This document shows, one piece after another, positions 1-14,154 of a stretch of DNA of 64,000 bases. The position numbers were made by a program, and so were the translations under genes. Source of the DNA: Pseudovirgaria hyperparasitica (lineage: Eukaryota); assembly GCA_010093815.1 (NCBI GenBank), contig ML996583.1. The stretch is one strand, 5' to 3'. Position 1 is the first letter of the stretch, and each line of letters starts with the position of its first letter. The notes below the pieces were generated by a model. That model ran no database searches and was not told where the DNA came from. It saw only the letters and a list, made by a program, of their open reading frames with translations.

Positions 1-135
1 AATTAGGTACTTGCCTCCTACTGTACGCGACTCCGACGCGACTGGCGTCATGATTTCTGCTTGCTCTATACATGTCTTCCAGGAAGACGACTCACCAATC
101 GTGACAAACCTCGCACGTGCGGACCTTCAGTTAAG

Positions 136-1429
136 ATGGGTATTAAGAGTAAGTTTTCTGTCCCCTACTCTGATTCTCACAATAACGTCTTCAGATCTCT
201 TCCAGATCATCAAGGAGAATGCTCCCGATGCCGTCAAAGAGGGCGACATCAAAAACCAATTCGGCCGCAAGGTCGCAATTGACGCGTAAAGCTCACCTTC
301 TGCAATACTCATTCCTTTATGCTCCTTAACTGATGTCGCGCTGTACAGCTCCATGTCCATCTACTCCTTCCTCATTGCCGTGCGCTCCGACGGCCAACAA
401 CTCATGTCTGACACGGGCGAAACCACCTCACACATCATGGGCATGTTCTACCGCACACTCCGCATGGTCGACGCCGGTATAAAGCCGCTTTACGTCTTCG
501 ACGGTGCTCCACCAAAGCTCAAATCCGGTGAATTGGCAAAGCGCTTCCAGCGCAAGTCCGAAGCGCAAGAAGCACACGAGGAGGCAAAGGAGACGGGAAC
601 TGCTGAAGAGGTCGAGAAGTTTAGTCGTCGCACGGTGCGTGTCACGCGCGAGCATAACGCCGAGTGCCAGCGTCTGCTGAAACTCATGGGCGTGCCGTAT
701 ATCGTTGCACCGACGGAGGCAGAGGCGCAGTGTGCGGTGCTGGCCAAGGGCGGGAAGGTGTTTGCGGCGGCGAGCGAGGATATGGATACGCTGACGTTTG
801 ACGCGCCGGTGCTGCTACGACACCTGACATTCAGCGAGCAGCGCAAAGAGCCGATCCAGGAGATACATTTGGAAAAGGTGCTAGAGGGCCTCCAGATGGA
901 CCGCAAGCAATTCATAGACATGTGTATTCTGCTCGGGTGTGACTACGTGGATCCGGTCAAGGGCATTGGCCCGAGCACGGCACTGAAGCTGATACGCGAG
1001 CATGAGACGCTGGAGGGTGTGGTAAAGTTCTTCGAGTCCTCAAAGAAGTACACTCTACCAGAAGATTGGCCGTATCAGGATGCGCGTTTGCTGTTCCTCG
1101 AGCCAGATGTTCGCTCAGTGGACCACCCGGATTGTGACTTTAAGTGGGAGGCGCCGGACACGGAGGGACTTGTTAAGTTTCTCGTTGAAGAAAAGGGCTT
1201 CAACGAAGATCGAGTGCGCAACGCTGCAGCAAGACTATCGAAGAACTCAAAGAGCGCTCAGCAGAGTCGACTCGAGGGCTTCTTCAAACCCGTCGAGAAG
1301 ACGGCAGAGCAGAAGGAGAGCTTGAAGAGGAAGAACGATGCAAAGGTCGAAGAGAAAAAGAAGAAACAAAAGCAAGAGGCAAAGGCTAAAAAGGATGCCA
1401 AAGCCAAACCACGAGCTGGTGGTGCTTGA
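136..1429 (+). CDS. FEN1: Flap endonuclease 1 (Rad27/FEN1), 3 exons (136-148, 195-285, 349-1429)
   Basis: Spliced N-terminus [17 protein letters not shown]...[21 protein letters not shown] motifs [23 protein letters not shown] box [12 protein letters not shown] introns restore the frame. Confidence 0.97.
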
Positions 1430-1852
1430 GACCAACCCTGCGAGGCCGAATTTTCTGTGGCCAGGCCACTTTGAGTCATGGCGTTTTTAAGGAACACTTA
1501 GGAATGGCGTTATGTGGTGGTTCTATATACTAACAGTCGGGCATGCGAACAGGAATGATTCACTGAGTTTCAGCATGACCTAAGTCACAGTGATAGTATG
1601 TATGACTGACATACATTATGAATCAATGGAAGAAGCGATATCAAGTCACCACCTGCATGGAGAGGAACTAGGCAGATATATGGTTAACATCTATACACAG
1701 ATAATCTGATTATTCCATTTCAAAGACGCCAGCCTGTCTCAATTGTTTCCTCAAGTCGCGTAGCGAACTATCCTATTCCGTTGAGCGATACGCTATTCAT
1801 TACATTCTGTACCTAGATTTCCTTCATGCGACCTTCACTAGTCTGTTGTCGC

Positions 1853-3157
<1,305 letters not shown>

Positions 3158-3885
3158 GGTCACGACCCCGAGACGACGAATAGAATAAGGTTGTGAGAGA
3201 GTTGTGTGTATGAGCGAAAGGTGATGGACAAGAGAGATGAAGGTGGTAAACGGAGGAGGAGGAAGAGGCGGAGGAGTTGAGTGAGGAGGGAGAAGAGCGC
3301 GGGCTGGGGAAGCTTGGAGGAGCAGTTGCCTTAGCGATGATGCTGTCAGAGAGGGCTCGGGCCAGTCACAGCACAGTGGGACGCCTCATCCCACAGGCAC
3401 TCAGGCACACATACAGTACCTACCGGGCAGGCACCACCGCGCATGACGACTTGTCTCCACCTTTCCTAAGCAGGGGTCTTCAAGGCTATTGCCTCACTTG
3501 GCATTCCAGAGCACTCTCAGTCCATTGCGCCTCTCTGGATCCAACATCTCTACCATTCCTACAGCACTACAGCTCGCATCATATTGTCCGACTACTCGAT
3601 TTCATTGCCTGTCTATTGTTGAGAGGCTGGCATTATGGAAATGTATACTTCCGATGCGAACCAAGAACGCCACGCTAGCAAATGCGCCACATGAACATAG
3701 ATCACCAGGCACAACCAGCCGAGGCCAGTCCCAAGCTTAATTATGCGCCCCCGATATTGCTCTGCGCATGGCACCAGCTAGAATGCACTTGCACTTGTAT
3801 TTCGAAGGAGAACAGGCTTTTGACGCCTTGGAGGAGAAAGACGACACTGAAACGAGGATTTATCTGACCAATTAACGGGCCGTTA

Positions 3886-5412
3886 TCATATCTTAACCTT
3901 AAATCTCCATCCGACCTTGACAACTCTTGCTGCGATCAAGGTAAAGCAACCACAGAGCATCATGGTACCTGCCCACATCTGTGCGTCCAGATATTTCCCA
4001 TCTGCGTTTGTAATGAGCGCTCCGGCTACAGATGGACCCGTTAAGGCTGCGAAGGACACGATCGTGAATCCCATGCCCAAACGCGTACCCGCTTTCCGTA
4101 AATCCGAGGTCAAGCTTGATAACGTTGCTGGAAATAAGCTCTGGATACCAGCAGCAGAAAGGCCGTAGAACGCAGAGAAGGCAATAAGACCACCTCTGTT
4201 GCTGACGCCTGACCATGCAAAGAACATGATTCCAGATAGGAACGAGAACGGTATGATGCTGTTCAATGGACCAAAATACTTATCTGCGAGGTAATTCGGT
4301 ATCAAGCGACCAGGATAGCCAACACTGTTCAGGATGAGTAAGTAATTAATTGAATCTTCATAGCTGACGCCAATCATGTTGCGACCGAAAGAGCCGACCT
4401 GCAAGTGCTGTCAGTCAGCTGTTGCCGTCAATGCGGACATACTCACGTAGTAGAAAGCGAAATACAGACTCCAGAAGTTTAGGAACATGCCGATGCAGTA
4501 TAGTGTATAGGGGATTTCCTTGAAAGCACTCCACTCAACAAGCGGCCCTGCTTTGCGCGGTGGTAATCGAGTCCTCAGAAATGCAATTGATATTAGACCA
4601 GTACCCATTGTCACGAACCCAAGCACACGGACAGTTGTGCCGAAGCCCAACTTTGGAAGTAGCTGCCGCACCAGTACAGAGTACACTATACCACCTGTAG
4701 CTGATCCAGACGCCACGACACCCAGAGCCGAAGAGCGTCGTTTGGCAAAGTAGGTCGTTATCAAAGTCATCGTTGGGGCGAATTGAAGACCGTTGCCCAG
4801 CCCTGTACAGACCCCCTGTGCAAGGAACAGCTGCCAATACTTTGTCGACAGCGACGTCATGAATGTGCCTATGAGCTGCAGCACAAAACCAGTGACGAAC
4901 ACAGGACGGAAGAAGCCTGCATCAGTCGCACGGCCAGCAGCAGTGCCGATGAAGAACAGGAGGAAGATCTGTATCGATCCTACCCATGAGATATCTGCTG
5001 GTGGTCGATTTAGTGTCTCAGTATAGTAAGATTGGAACACCCCGAAACTCGAAATATAGCCCCATGTGTTGAATATAACCTGTCATGATCAATTGCGGTC
5101 CTCTCAAGATGATTCTTAACGCACCAGGTGACCCATAGCCACCTGTAACCAAGCATCCAGTCCTCCATCCGGAGGAGGGCCAGGGTCTTGTCGAGTTGAA
5201 GTGATTGAACGACCAGTTATTATTCTAGAGAGAGCGCTGGTATTATGGTCTCGTGTCGTTGTTCTTTCGATAGCTTCTGGCTGTAATTCCTCTGCAGCTT
5301 CAGCAGGATAAAAGTCCGGACGCTCGTTTGAGGGCCCGTCATCGTCATGAGAGTCTAGACTATGACGATGGTGGTCTTTCTCGTCAAAGTCTTCCTTAAT
5401 AGAGCGAGTCAT
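3886..5412 (-). CDS. MFS monocarboxylate-porter family transporter (Mch-like), 3 exons
   Basis: PPDGGLDAWLQV...NTWGYISSFGVFQSYY; YWQLFLAQGVCTGLGNG; YFAKRRSSALG; many hydrophobic segments; introns near 5080-5122 and 4399-4446. Confidence 0.92.
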
Positions 5413-6151
5413 CCTTGACCTGATGGCTGGTGCAAGTGTGACACGAACGAGCAATCAAGAGAGATCCAAAATAACCCAAAATCAAGCCAATATACCCATT
5501 GACTATATATCCACATGGCTACGACTCATCGGAAGCGTTTTTGCACACAAAATTTCAATTAGTAATGATAGGGCGCGATGACGGCGTCGTCGATCAACTC
5601 AAACATGCCTGTCTAGTGGAAGGTCCAGCGTGTCCACGGTAAGAACTGGGGAACAATTTAAGTGGCTAAAATGCGTGCCGTGATGCCGGCCGAGGAGGAC
5701 GTTTGGAAGAGTGGGTATCTATCTACCCTATTGGTGTCCCAGTCGAAATATTACCATTATCGAGCGAGGTCGGTTGTTCAGGGTTGCTGCATATATCCCT
5801 TGGAGGAGCATACCTGAGTCACCAGGACATAGTTGTAGAGTGCATTGTACACGCCCTGCAGGAGGTCATCGAGGCAGCCACAGCATTGACAGCATCATGA
5901 ACGATCCTTCTGTGTACTCATGTATACGCTTCACCGCTGGAGACAACGCTTCGTACAACTTCCTAGCGAACATATACGTGTGAATGTCGATACACTGATT
6001 GAGCCAGCTGAAGCATTAGACGCCCAAATACACGTTTCTTGTGTTTTCGATGGCCGATAGCGTTTCGATATGACCAGTCTCAATTCTCAACGTTGAGGAG
6101 TCTGACAGGTTGACAGGCACCAGTTCGGCATACTGCACTGTAACTGCAACT

Positions 6152-6176
6152 GCAACAACAACAACAACAACAACAG
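6152..6176 (+). repeat. (CAA)n microsatellite preceded by ACTGCA units
   Basis: gcaacaacaacaacaacaacaacag seen directly. Confidence 0.85.
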
Positions 6177-6397
6177 CTCTGTTTGCCAAATCATGTGGTT
6201 GTGAAGATCGAAGACGCAAAAATGACCCGCACCGCCCATCCGATCTATGCCATGCACGGACTTACCTCGGACCTAAGCCAACGCGTCATCCATGCACGAG
6301 GGCGGAGGGAAGCCTGACCACTGCAGTCTAAACACGGTTCTATTATTACTTCTTTCATGTCAACTTACCACAAAACACCAGGGGGTAATCGCTCAAT

Positions 6398-7384
6398 ATG
6401 GCGCCTGATAGACAAGCCTTGATGCAGCACCACTTTAAACCACTATATGCCATTCCGAAAGCCTCTTTTCTCTATCCTATAAAGGTACCCAAAGTCGTCC
6501 ATGTCTCGTTGCCAGCGTGCTAATGTCTACCTGTTCAGGGCCTGTGGTACTTTGTCACTCACCCTTTTCTATATCCCCTGTTACGGGCCAGACTACTTCC
6601 AGCCGTCCTCCTTTCTGTATTTGTGCTCTTCATTCTCTTCTTCTTCACCTACCTGCCGCAGGTAGCCTTCCTAGCCATCTTCCACCGCCAAGGTGCGTGG
6701 GTGAACGGTACATTCCTTGTGCTAGGTGAAGGCGCTGTTGTCGTCGCTCTTCTTTTCGAAGCCTTCTTTGTAGACGAGACACAAGTCGACATCTTCGACG
6801 CTGTAGGTATCTCGCACTTTCCACGCGGCAGCTGACTAACGTACAATTAGGTTCTCGTCGAGAAGGGTTATGGAGCACTTGTTTCATCAAGACGTCCTGT
6901 GAATGAAGAAGGCGACAATCCCGTCAAGCGCCTCGGAAAGCCCACGAGATCATCAATCTATGCACCATTCTCTCTACGCCAGATAGTGGAGCTTGTCCTG
7001 CTACTACCACTGAATTTCATCCCGGTCGTTGGTGTGCCTCTATTTCTTGTCCTGACTGGCTATCGTGGCGGTCCGTTCCATCACTGGCGCTACTTCAAAC
7101 TGCATGACTGGACCAAGAGTCGAAGGCAGGAGTGGGTGAGAAAGCGTAAATGGTCGTACACTTGGTATGCTGAAGCCAGGTATCACCCCTACCTGAAATG
7201 CTAACACGTCACAAGGTTTGGCACAGTTGCTCTAGTACTGCAGCTTGTGCCTGTGCTAAGCATGTTTTTCCTCATGACGACCGCAGCAGGTGCAGCATTG
7301 TGGGCTATCGAGCTCGAGGAGAGACGACTTCTACTTGAAGACGTCCCAACGACGGGTCCGGAATTCTCCGATGATCCGGCGTGA
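6398..7384 (+). CDS. EI24/Rrt8-family membrane protein, 4 exons
   Basis: ASFLYPIK|GLWYFVTHPFLYPLL; TYLPQVAFLAIF; FVDETQVDIFDAVL; LPLNFIPVVGVP; HHWRYFKL; YTWFGTVALVLQLVPVLSMFFLMTTAAGAALWA match the recalled Rrt8/Lds family pattern. Confidence 0.85.
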
Positions 7385-8022
7385 GCATTCATCAACGTTA
7401 AATTGGCCGTACATGGTGCTGAGGACGATTATGGCTATGAGTCCAACGCACAGAGATATGATTGTGTTGTGCTGGCTGACACTCAAATGTCGCGTCAGCC
7501 GCAAGCAAGCCTTGCCTAAGGCTGCAGTGCATAACTTCTGCACCAGCTAAACAATAGTTGATCGCTTATTCTTCCGGTCCATTTTCGACGCATCTACCAC
7601 ATGTGGACGTTGACCTTCCTTCGTTTGAGTAATGCGGATGCGCAAGGACCGGTCTGTCCCGCTCGCCCAATACAAGTAATCTTCAAAATCCGAGCTTCAA
7701 AAGAGAGCGACATTTCATCCTGCAGGACAAGCAAAAGTCTGCCCTGACATATATTGTCGTCCCGCAGCATTCCTCACCACTGTTTTCTGGGACCTGCACG
7801 CTACAACGGTCTCTTTGCTCCCTTGCACCAGGTACGCGGCTCTAGTGACTATTGTCAGCATTAATCCAAACCGCCTCGGCAACGTCATACCTACCTAAAT
7901 CCTTAGCCTTTACCCTATCAAATAATCGATACTTCGCTCGTCTACATAGAGTTCTGAATTTCCTCACTCGATTGTTTTTGTATGCCATTTGACTCTGTGA
8001 TATTCTAGCAGGTATTACGAAA

Positions 8023-9993
8023 ATGCTTGTTTCGCGGCCTCCGGCGTATTTCGGCGGATATATACGGAGCTTACGAAAATACACCAGTTCGCAATGCCTT
8101 GTGTGTGCAGCCGAGCTATACCGGAGCTTCCATACTACGGCGGTTCCTGAGTTCAAGGGAACGTCAAAGCTGGGTTTTACAGTTGAGAAGCTAGATAAGC
8201 GGCGAGATAGTGCGTAAATTGCTATGCTACAACAAGTGTACTTCTTCTCACATCATTTACAGACAGAGAAAGAGTGGTCATTTTGGGATCTGGTGATATA
8301 CAGCGTCTCGTCCAGTGTAAATGCAAACACTGATCAGGTACAGGCTGGGCCGGTTTCAACCTTGCACGCCAACTCGACCCGAAAAAGTTCCAGGCCGTTA
8401 TTGTATCGCCGCGCTCATATTTTGTTTTTACGCCCCTTCTGGCTTCCACATCTGTCGGCACGCTTGAGTTTCGCACTGCTCTAGAGCCGATACGTTCAAA
8501 GAAATCGAAAGCCGTGTTCTTCCAGGGATGGGCGGATGATATTGACCTACAGAACAAGACGCTGACAATCGAGGAGAATGTCGACGACCCTGGTCAATCG
8601 CTCGCCCCGACAGGTGGCCGAGACCATCTGGAAAGTAAAGAGGAACGCGAGATGAAGCGTATGACCAAGCAAAAGAAAGGTAAACTGTTTGATCTCAAGT
8701 TTGACAAGCTTGTCATTGCAGTCGGGTGTTATAGCCAGACCTTTGGCACACCCGGTGTACGAGAGAACGCATTATTCCTGAAAGATGTTGGCGACGCGCG
8801 GAAGATCAGGAATCGTCTCCTCTCATGTACGCTTAACCCACATTCACTCATGGAGTCAAGAAGCATACATTGACCACAGCGCAGGTTTTGAGAGTGCCTC
8901 CCTCCCGACAACCTCATCCGCCATGAAGAAGATTCTCCTGAACTTTGCCGTTGTTGGTGGTGGCCGTACAGCTTCCTTTCTAGCTTCGAACTCCTCAAAC
9001 TAACAACCCTCGCAGCAACCGGGATCGAATTCTCCGCCGAACTGCACGATCTCATATCCGACGACCTCTCCCAGCTCTACCCGGACCTCATGAAATATGT
9101 GCAAATCACAGTCTACGACGTCGCACCACAAGTACTATCCATGTTCGATGCCAATCTTGGCAAATACGCCATGAACGCTTTCAAACGCGAGGGCATCGCC
9201 ATCAAGACGTCGCACCACGTCGAGAACCTCCGGCCCGGCCCGCCGCAGCACGTCAAAGACGCAGGCACCATCCACGACGAGCACACCGTGTATACGCTCC
9301 AGCTGAAGGAGCTCGGCGAAGTCGGCGTCGGCATGGTCGTATGGAGCACCGGACTGATGATGAACCCGTTTGTCGAGCGCGCCATGGGCAAGTCCCAAAC
9401 GCTGCATGTCCCGCACACAAAGTCCGTCGACTACGCCGATGACGGCGCGCCCACGAGCGACTGGGTCGTGCAGAAACACCCAAAGACGGGCGCCATCGTG
9501 ACAAACGACAAGATGCAGGTCCTCCTCTCGGTGCCGCCTGTCACGTCGTCGTCTAGCGATGCCGCAACCGATGCCTCGACCATGACGCTGCAGGACGTCT
9601 TCGCAATCGGCGACTGCGCCACGCAGGCTCACGCATCCTACCCGGCAACAGCGCAGGTCGCGAACCAGGAGGCCATGTGGCTCGCGAAGCGCCTCAACCG
9701 AGACGATCTCGCAACACAGCACTTTACATACAAGGATCTTGGCGTGATGGCGTACATTGGCAACTGGAAGGCGATTGTGCAGACCAAAGGCGGGAATATA
9801 AGTGGGCAGACGGCATGGTTCATCTGGAGGGGCGCATATCTGACCAAGAGCGTGAGCTGGCGGAACAAGATCCTGATCCCGATGTATTGGTATGTCGCGA
9901 ACGTGGTTGGAGCAGCGATCTTGCAACGGTAGTACTGACTTGTCTCCCAGGTTCATCAACTGGGTGTTTGGACGTGATGTATCGCGCTTCTGA
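8023..9993 (+). CDS. Type II (alternative) mitochondrial NADH dehydrogenase, ~6 exons
   Basis: VVILGSGWAGF FAD site, FVFTPLLASTSVGTLEFR, AVVGGGPTGIEFSAEL NAD site, FAIGDCA, PATAQVANQ, C-terminal FINWVFGRDVSRF; Arg-rich presequence-like N-terminus. Confidence 0.93.
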
Positions 9994-10256
9994 TGAAAAT
10001 TCGGATATCTTTAGGGGGCGTTTTGAAATGGGCGCGTTCAGGAGTTTGTCAAACCGGCGAGAATGAACGATTACGATATTGGAAACTCGACAGTATTACT
10101 AGTGGTGGTGGTGCACAGCGGCTCGACGTTACCATTACCTATATACATACATACATACATATACATACACCTATCCTCAAAGTCTGGGTAATCAGCCGCA
10201 AATAAATCAACAGCGTAAAAATCCTCTTGTCTGAGAATAAAGCTAAACCAATATAT

Positions 10257-10456
10257 ATACATACATACATACATACATACATACATACATACATACATAC
10301 ATACATACATACATACATACATACATACATACATACATACATACATACATANNNNNNNNNNACATACATACATACATACATACATACATACATACATACA
10401 TACATACATACATACATACATACATACATACATACATACATACATACATACATACA
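10257..10456. repeat. (TACA)n microsatellite containing a 10-N gap (10352-10361); shorter copy at ~10141-10168
   Basis: Perfect ATAC/TACA repeat either side of the N run; true length unknown. Confidence 0.98.
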
Positions 10457-10730
10457 AATATCTACAATACGATACAAGTCAGCGTTCAAGACGCGCCATA
10501 ATCCACAAAACCCGTGAAGAAGCCGGTCCGATATAGATTTTGATATTGTTATAAACCTTCTTTCATATTTACACGTACTGCATGTATACCAGATTTCTCC
10601 ACCAATCCAGAAAAAGGAAAACGAAGAAGCTTTACGCTAGATCACGTCTGTGCAAGAGAAAGATATCTGTTCAGGTAGACCGGTTGTTTACAAACAGTGT
10701 TTGTTGCACAACACTTCGTGCCCCTTTGTC

Positions 10731-10810
10731 ATATATACACATATATACACATATATACACATATATACACATATATACACATATATACACATATATACAC
10801 ATATATACAC
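10731..10810. repeat. (ATATATACAC)x8 perfect decamer tandem repeat
   Basis: Eight exact copies counted directly. Confidence 0.98.
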
Positions 10811-11134
10811 ATATATTATATGTGGTCTTACTCGTACAATCACGCCGACGTACGAAAGCAAGGGTGGAAATATACGGTTTGTATTTCAAGATTTCGGCAT
10901 TTCGGGGGGTATCTAACATAATACATGATGATGCGTTCAAAACCCTTTCTTCCCCAACCACAATCATGTCTAGAATGCCTGCCTATGCATGTATATATAT
11001 GTGTGGAAAGCCAACTGACAATGCAATCGTACACAGCTCCCAGGCCCGCTGTCAAATGCAAATGCAACAAGACGCCCGCTAAGATAAAAGACGTCATGAA
11101 AGAATGGTACATGTCATGACCCCGTGGTTCATAA

Positions 11135-14129
11135 CTATTCTGGTACCACATCCAAGCTATTACCCGTCTGCGTCAGACTCAGGCTCGCACCACGGTCCAA
11201 TTCGGATGCTGCTGCGGTGTTACTCGCAGGGCTTGTGAACCCACTCCCACCTCCGGCTGTCGCTGCAGATGAACCTGCCGGTATCTCCTCCGCAAGCCGC
11301 TCTGCGACATTAGAGTCATACTCGCGCTCCTGCGCGCGCACGGCCTCGGGCGCTACCTTCCTTGCTCCGGCAAGAAAATCAACGTCTCCGTCGTCGTCAT
11401 CATCGTCATCGTCTTCATCATCGTCTTCTTCAGAAGTGTAGTCGTCCTCGTCCGAGGAGTCGTCGCGGTAATTGGATAGAGGTTGACGACTAACGGTTGG
11501 GGGTCGCAGATCGTCTAGCATGTCGACGTCTGAGTCTGCGTCGGAGGCGTCGCTATCATCGGAGAACTCTGCGTCTGGAGAGGAGGAGTCGAGAGGAAGG
11601 AAAGAGGCAGGAGGGAGGGTTGAGACAGGGAGTGTTTCGGTTTTGGTGGAAACAATTTCGTCGGTAAAGGCGATATTAGACCTGCGCGCGTCCGCGACTA
11701 CGGCATCTAGTTTGTGTGGAGGGTGGGAGCCTCGTTTCTTCGAAGCCTCCTCGTCATGCTTAATGTGGCGGGAGACGACGTGGATGGCAAAATGATCTTG
11801 CGGCTGGACACCGCCGAGACCCGAAACTTCGAAGTCGTACGCTTTGAATTGTTTATTTGTGCTTGCGTTATTCTCAAGAGACTTCAGGGAGAAGTGGAAC
11901 TCGGACGATGTTGAGCTAGGTGTGCTGTTGATGTCCTTCATTTCGACGTCGTCCACTACGTTTCGGAAAACTCCGGTAATATCGCGGCGTTCAAAAACAT
12001 CTCTCAAAGGTGATCCGGAATTCAGATCTTCACCGACTGGGCGAGTGGTTACTGGGTCGTAAGACGTGACATTCTTATTCGGAAGACCAGCCGCATTCGC
12101 ATCTCCGCTCAAGTCCGTGCAGAATTTAGCCTTGTTGTAGAAGATAATAGGTCCATCTTCTCGTCGTCGCTTCGAAGACGAAGTCCTCATGCCCGAACTA
12201 GCAAACGCAGATGAGTCGCGGCCGGGCATAGGAGAGGATATCGATGACATTTCCATATTCAAACAATCATCCTCGTCGTCCGACTCGTCCTTGTGATGAA
12301 ATATAGGGGTGTATAACAGCTTGTTATTTTCTTTCTCTTTCTGTAGCCTCGCAAGCTTTTGCGCCTTCTTTCGTGGATCTGAGTTGTCGCTGCTACTGAT
12401 GGTCCTCTTTAACCCTGTCGCACCAGTGCCATCAAGGACGGAGTCGGGCGAGACGCCCTCACGTCTTTCAGATGAGGTGTCGCTGCTGTTCCGAGTAATG
12501 TCTTGACCTCCTTTCCAGCGAATCTTGCGACCATCTTTTGAGAGCTCAAGCTTCGAACTATACTTTTCCACCGCGTGCTTGACAAAGTCGACTGTGACAT
12601 TTATAGTATGCAGTTGTGCCATGTTTATCACTAGGTTCAAGTATAGCCATCCATGGTCATCCTCAGGAGACAGACCTTGGTCTTGCGGCGTGAAACCCAG
12701 GTGGCGGAAGTATTCAATATTATCAGAGGGTACCTGCTCTCGATGAGGGTCTAGGTCGAGTGGTCGTGTTGGTCTCTGGTCCGGTGAGGCTGTGTCAGCA
12801 AAGTCTTGCTGAGCGACAGTGGCGGGTAGACCATGATGCTGAATGGCACCCGTGCTCTCAATCTCATCATCTTGGTCGATGGACGGCATGATCTTGGCAA
12901 TACGATTACCCTCCTTCTGGGATTGTTTCCCCTTAGCCTCGCTCAATTTTCTGTCAGCTATAGCAGCAGAATTGGCTACCTCTTGCTGCTGCATTGGATG
13001 CTGATGCCCACCAACGGCACCTTTGCCGGCAAAGATTTGCTCCAGTCGTCTGACGACAAGCTTTTTCCGACTCTTCTCCGTCATGGCTGTAGTGTTGCCT
13101 CGAGGCATCAGACCGATAGGTATATCATGCAGATACGAATGTATCTCGGAGTTGTTGCGAGTGAAAGCCGGCCTTGACACACTCTTGGAATGAGCACTAT
13201 CTTGGCCTGACGGGATCGACGAATTTCCTTGTCCAGACGCAGACATGGACGCATATCCAGAATCGGCGACACGAGAAGTGCCAGACGAAGTGGCAGTGTT
13301 CCGCGGCTTGAGCGTGCCCGGAATGTATGTTTGTGAGGCACCTGTACCAATGCCAGTCATAGGAGATTTTGATACTTCTGTTGAAACTGGGTCATCCACA
13401 GATAGAGCAAACTTCCGAAGCGTCTCCTCCAATTCACGTTTCTTCTGAGGGGGCAGCGCGTGGAATCGAACTTCGAACAGGCGATCTCCTTGTAGATGAG
13501 CGTCGTGCATCTTTTCATACCTCTTCAGCCTCTTTTTCAGTTGCTTGTTCTCGATAGTCAAGTCATCTATAACGCTGCGATAGTCGTCAGAGCTACCTTC
13601 GGTTTGTAGATTGCCAAGGCCGGCTCGTTGTACAGCGCTCAGTGTGGGAGGAAATGGGATGGTACCCTCAGGTGGCGTCTCGGAAGACGACGAGTTTCGA
13701 AGGAAGAACGGAGGATCATCTACAGCAATCAGACAAAGATAGCAAGCAGTACAGGTACATATTTGACTTACTATCGGGACTGAAGTCGTTACGCTGGCAC
13801 ACATCATTGTTGGAGGTCTCAAACCATCGGCCGGCATCACTACTCTCGCCAGAGCTGTTCTGCTTCGGCTGTCGTACGGAAGACGGAGAGCTGGAAGGCG
13901 GATTGGCAACGATGCTCTGGGGAGGTTGTTGTGAAGTTACGGACGAGGTCTTGCGGTGCTTGTCGTGTAGACGAGATGGCGACAGCTTGGAGGTGGATGG
14001 AGTGGAGTGCAGCAGCGACACGGACTTGTGGGCTGGTGGACGTCGCGACGCATATGCTGAGGATCGGTGAGGCAGTCTAGAGGCAGTTGTAAGGTTTTGA
14101 GGCTCGGATGGCGGCATAGTTGGAGCCAT
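11135..14129 (-). CDS. frq: Circadian clock protein FREQUENCY, 2 coding exons (14129-13772, 13719-11135), 980 aa
   Basis: SSGESSDAGRWFETSN, DNDPPFF across the splice junction, coiled coil DYRSVIDDLTIENKQLKKRLKRYE, LFEVRFHALPPQKKRELEETLRKFA, KKLVVRRLEQIF, DQRPTRPLDLDP, GWLYLNLVINMAQLH, FCTDLSGD, SGLGGVQPQDHF, acidic tail and SSAATAGGGSG end. Confidence 0.96.
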
Positions 14130-14130
14130 C

Positions 14131-14154
14131 TTAAATTGCCTGATGGGGAGCCAT
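14131..14154 (-). other. 7-codon upstream ORF (MAPHQAI*) ending 1 nt before the frq start codon
   Basis: Minus strand reads ATG GCT CCC CAT CAG GCA ATT TAA G ATG GCT CCA; translation is untested. Confidence 0.55.

Noticed and set aside
5703..5983. Short ORFs between the first MFS gene and the Rrt8-like gene
   Set aside because: Non-ATG starts, no recognisable motif or splice pattern.
9135..9959. 274-aa minus-strand ORF
   Set aside because: Antisense shadow of the GC-rich NADH dehydrogenase exon.
10731..10810. Tandem repeats as a CRISPR-like array
   Set aside because: No unique spacers, no cas genes, eukaryotic context.
10071..11082. ORFs with MYVC/YIHT repeats
   Set aside because: Translations of the TACA and ATATATACAC repeats, some crossing an N gap; not credible genes.
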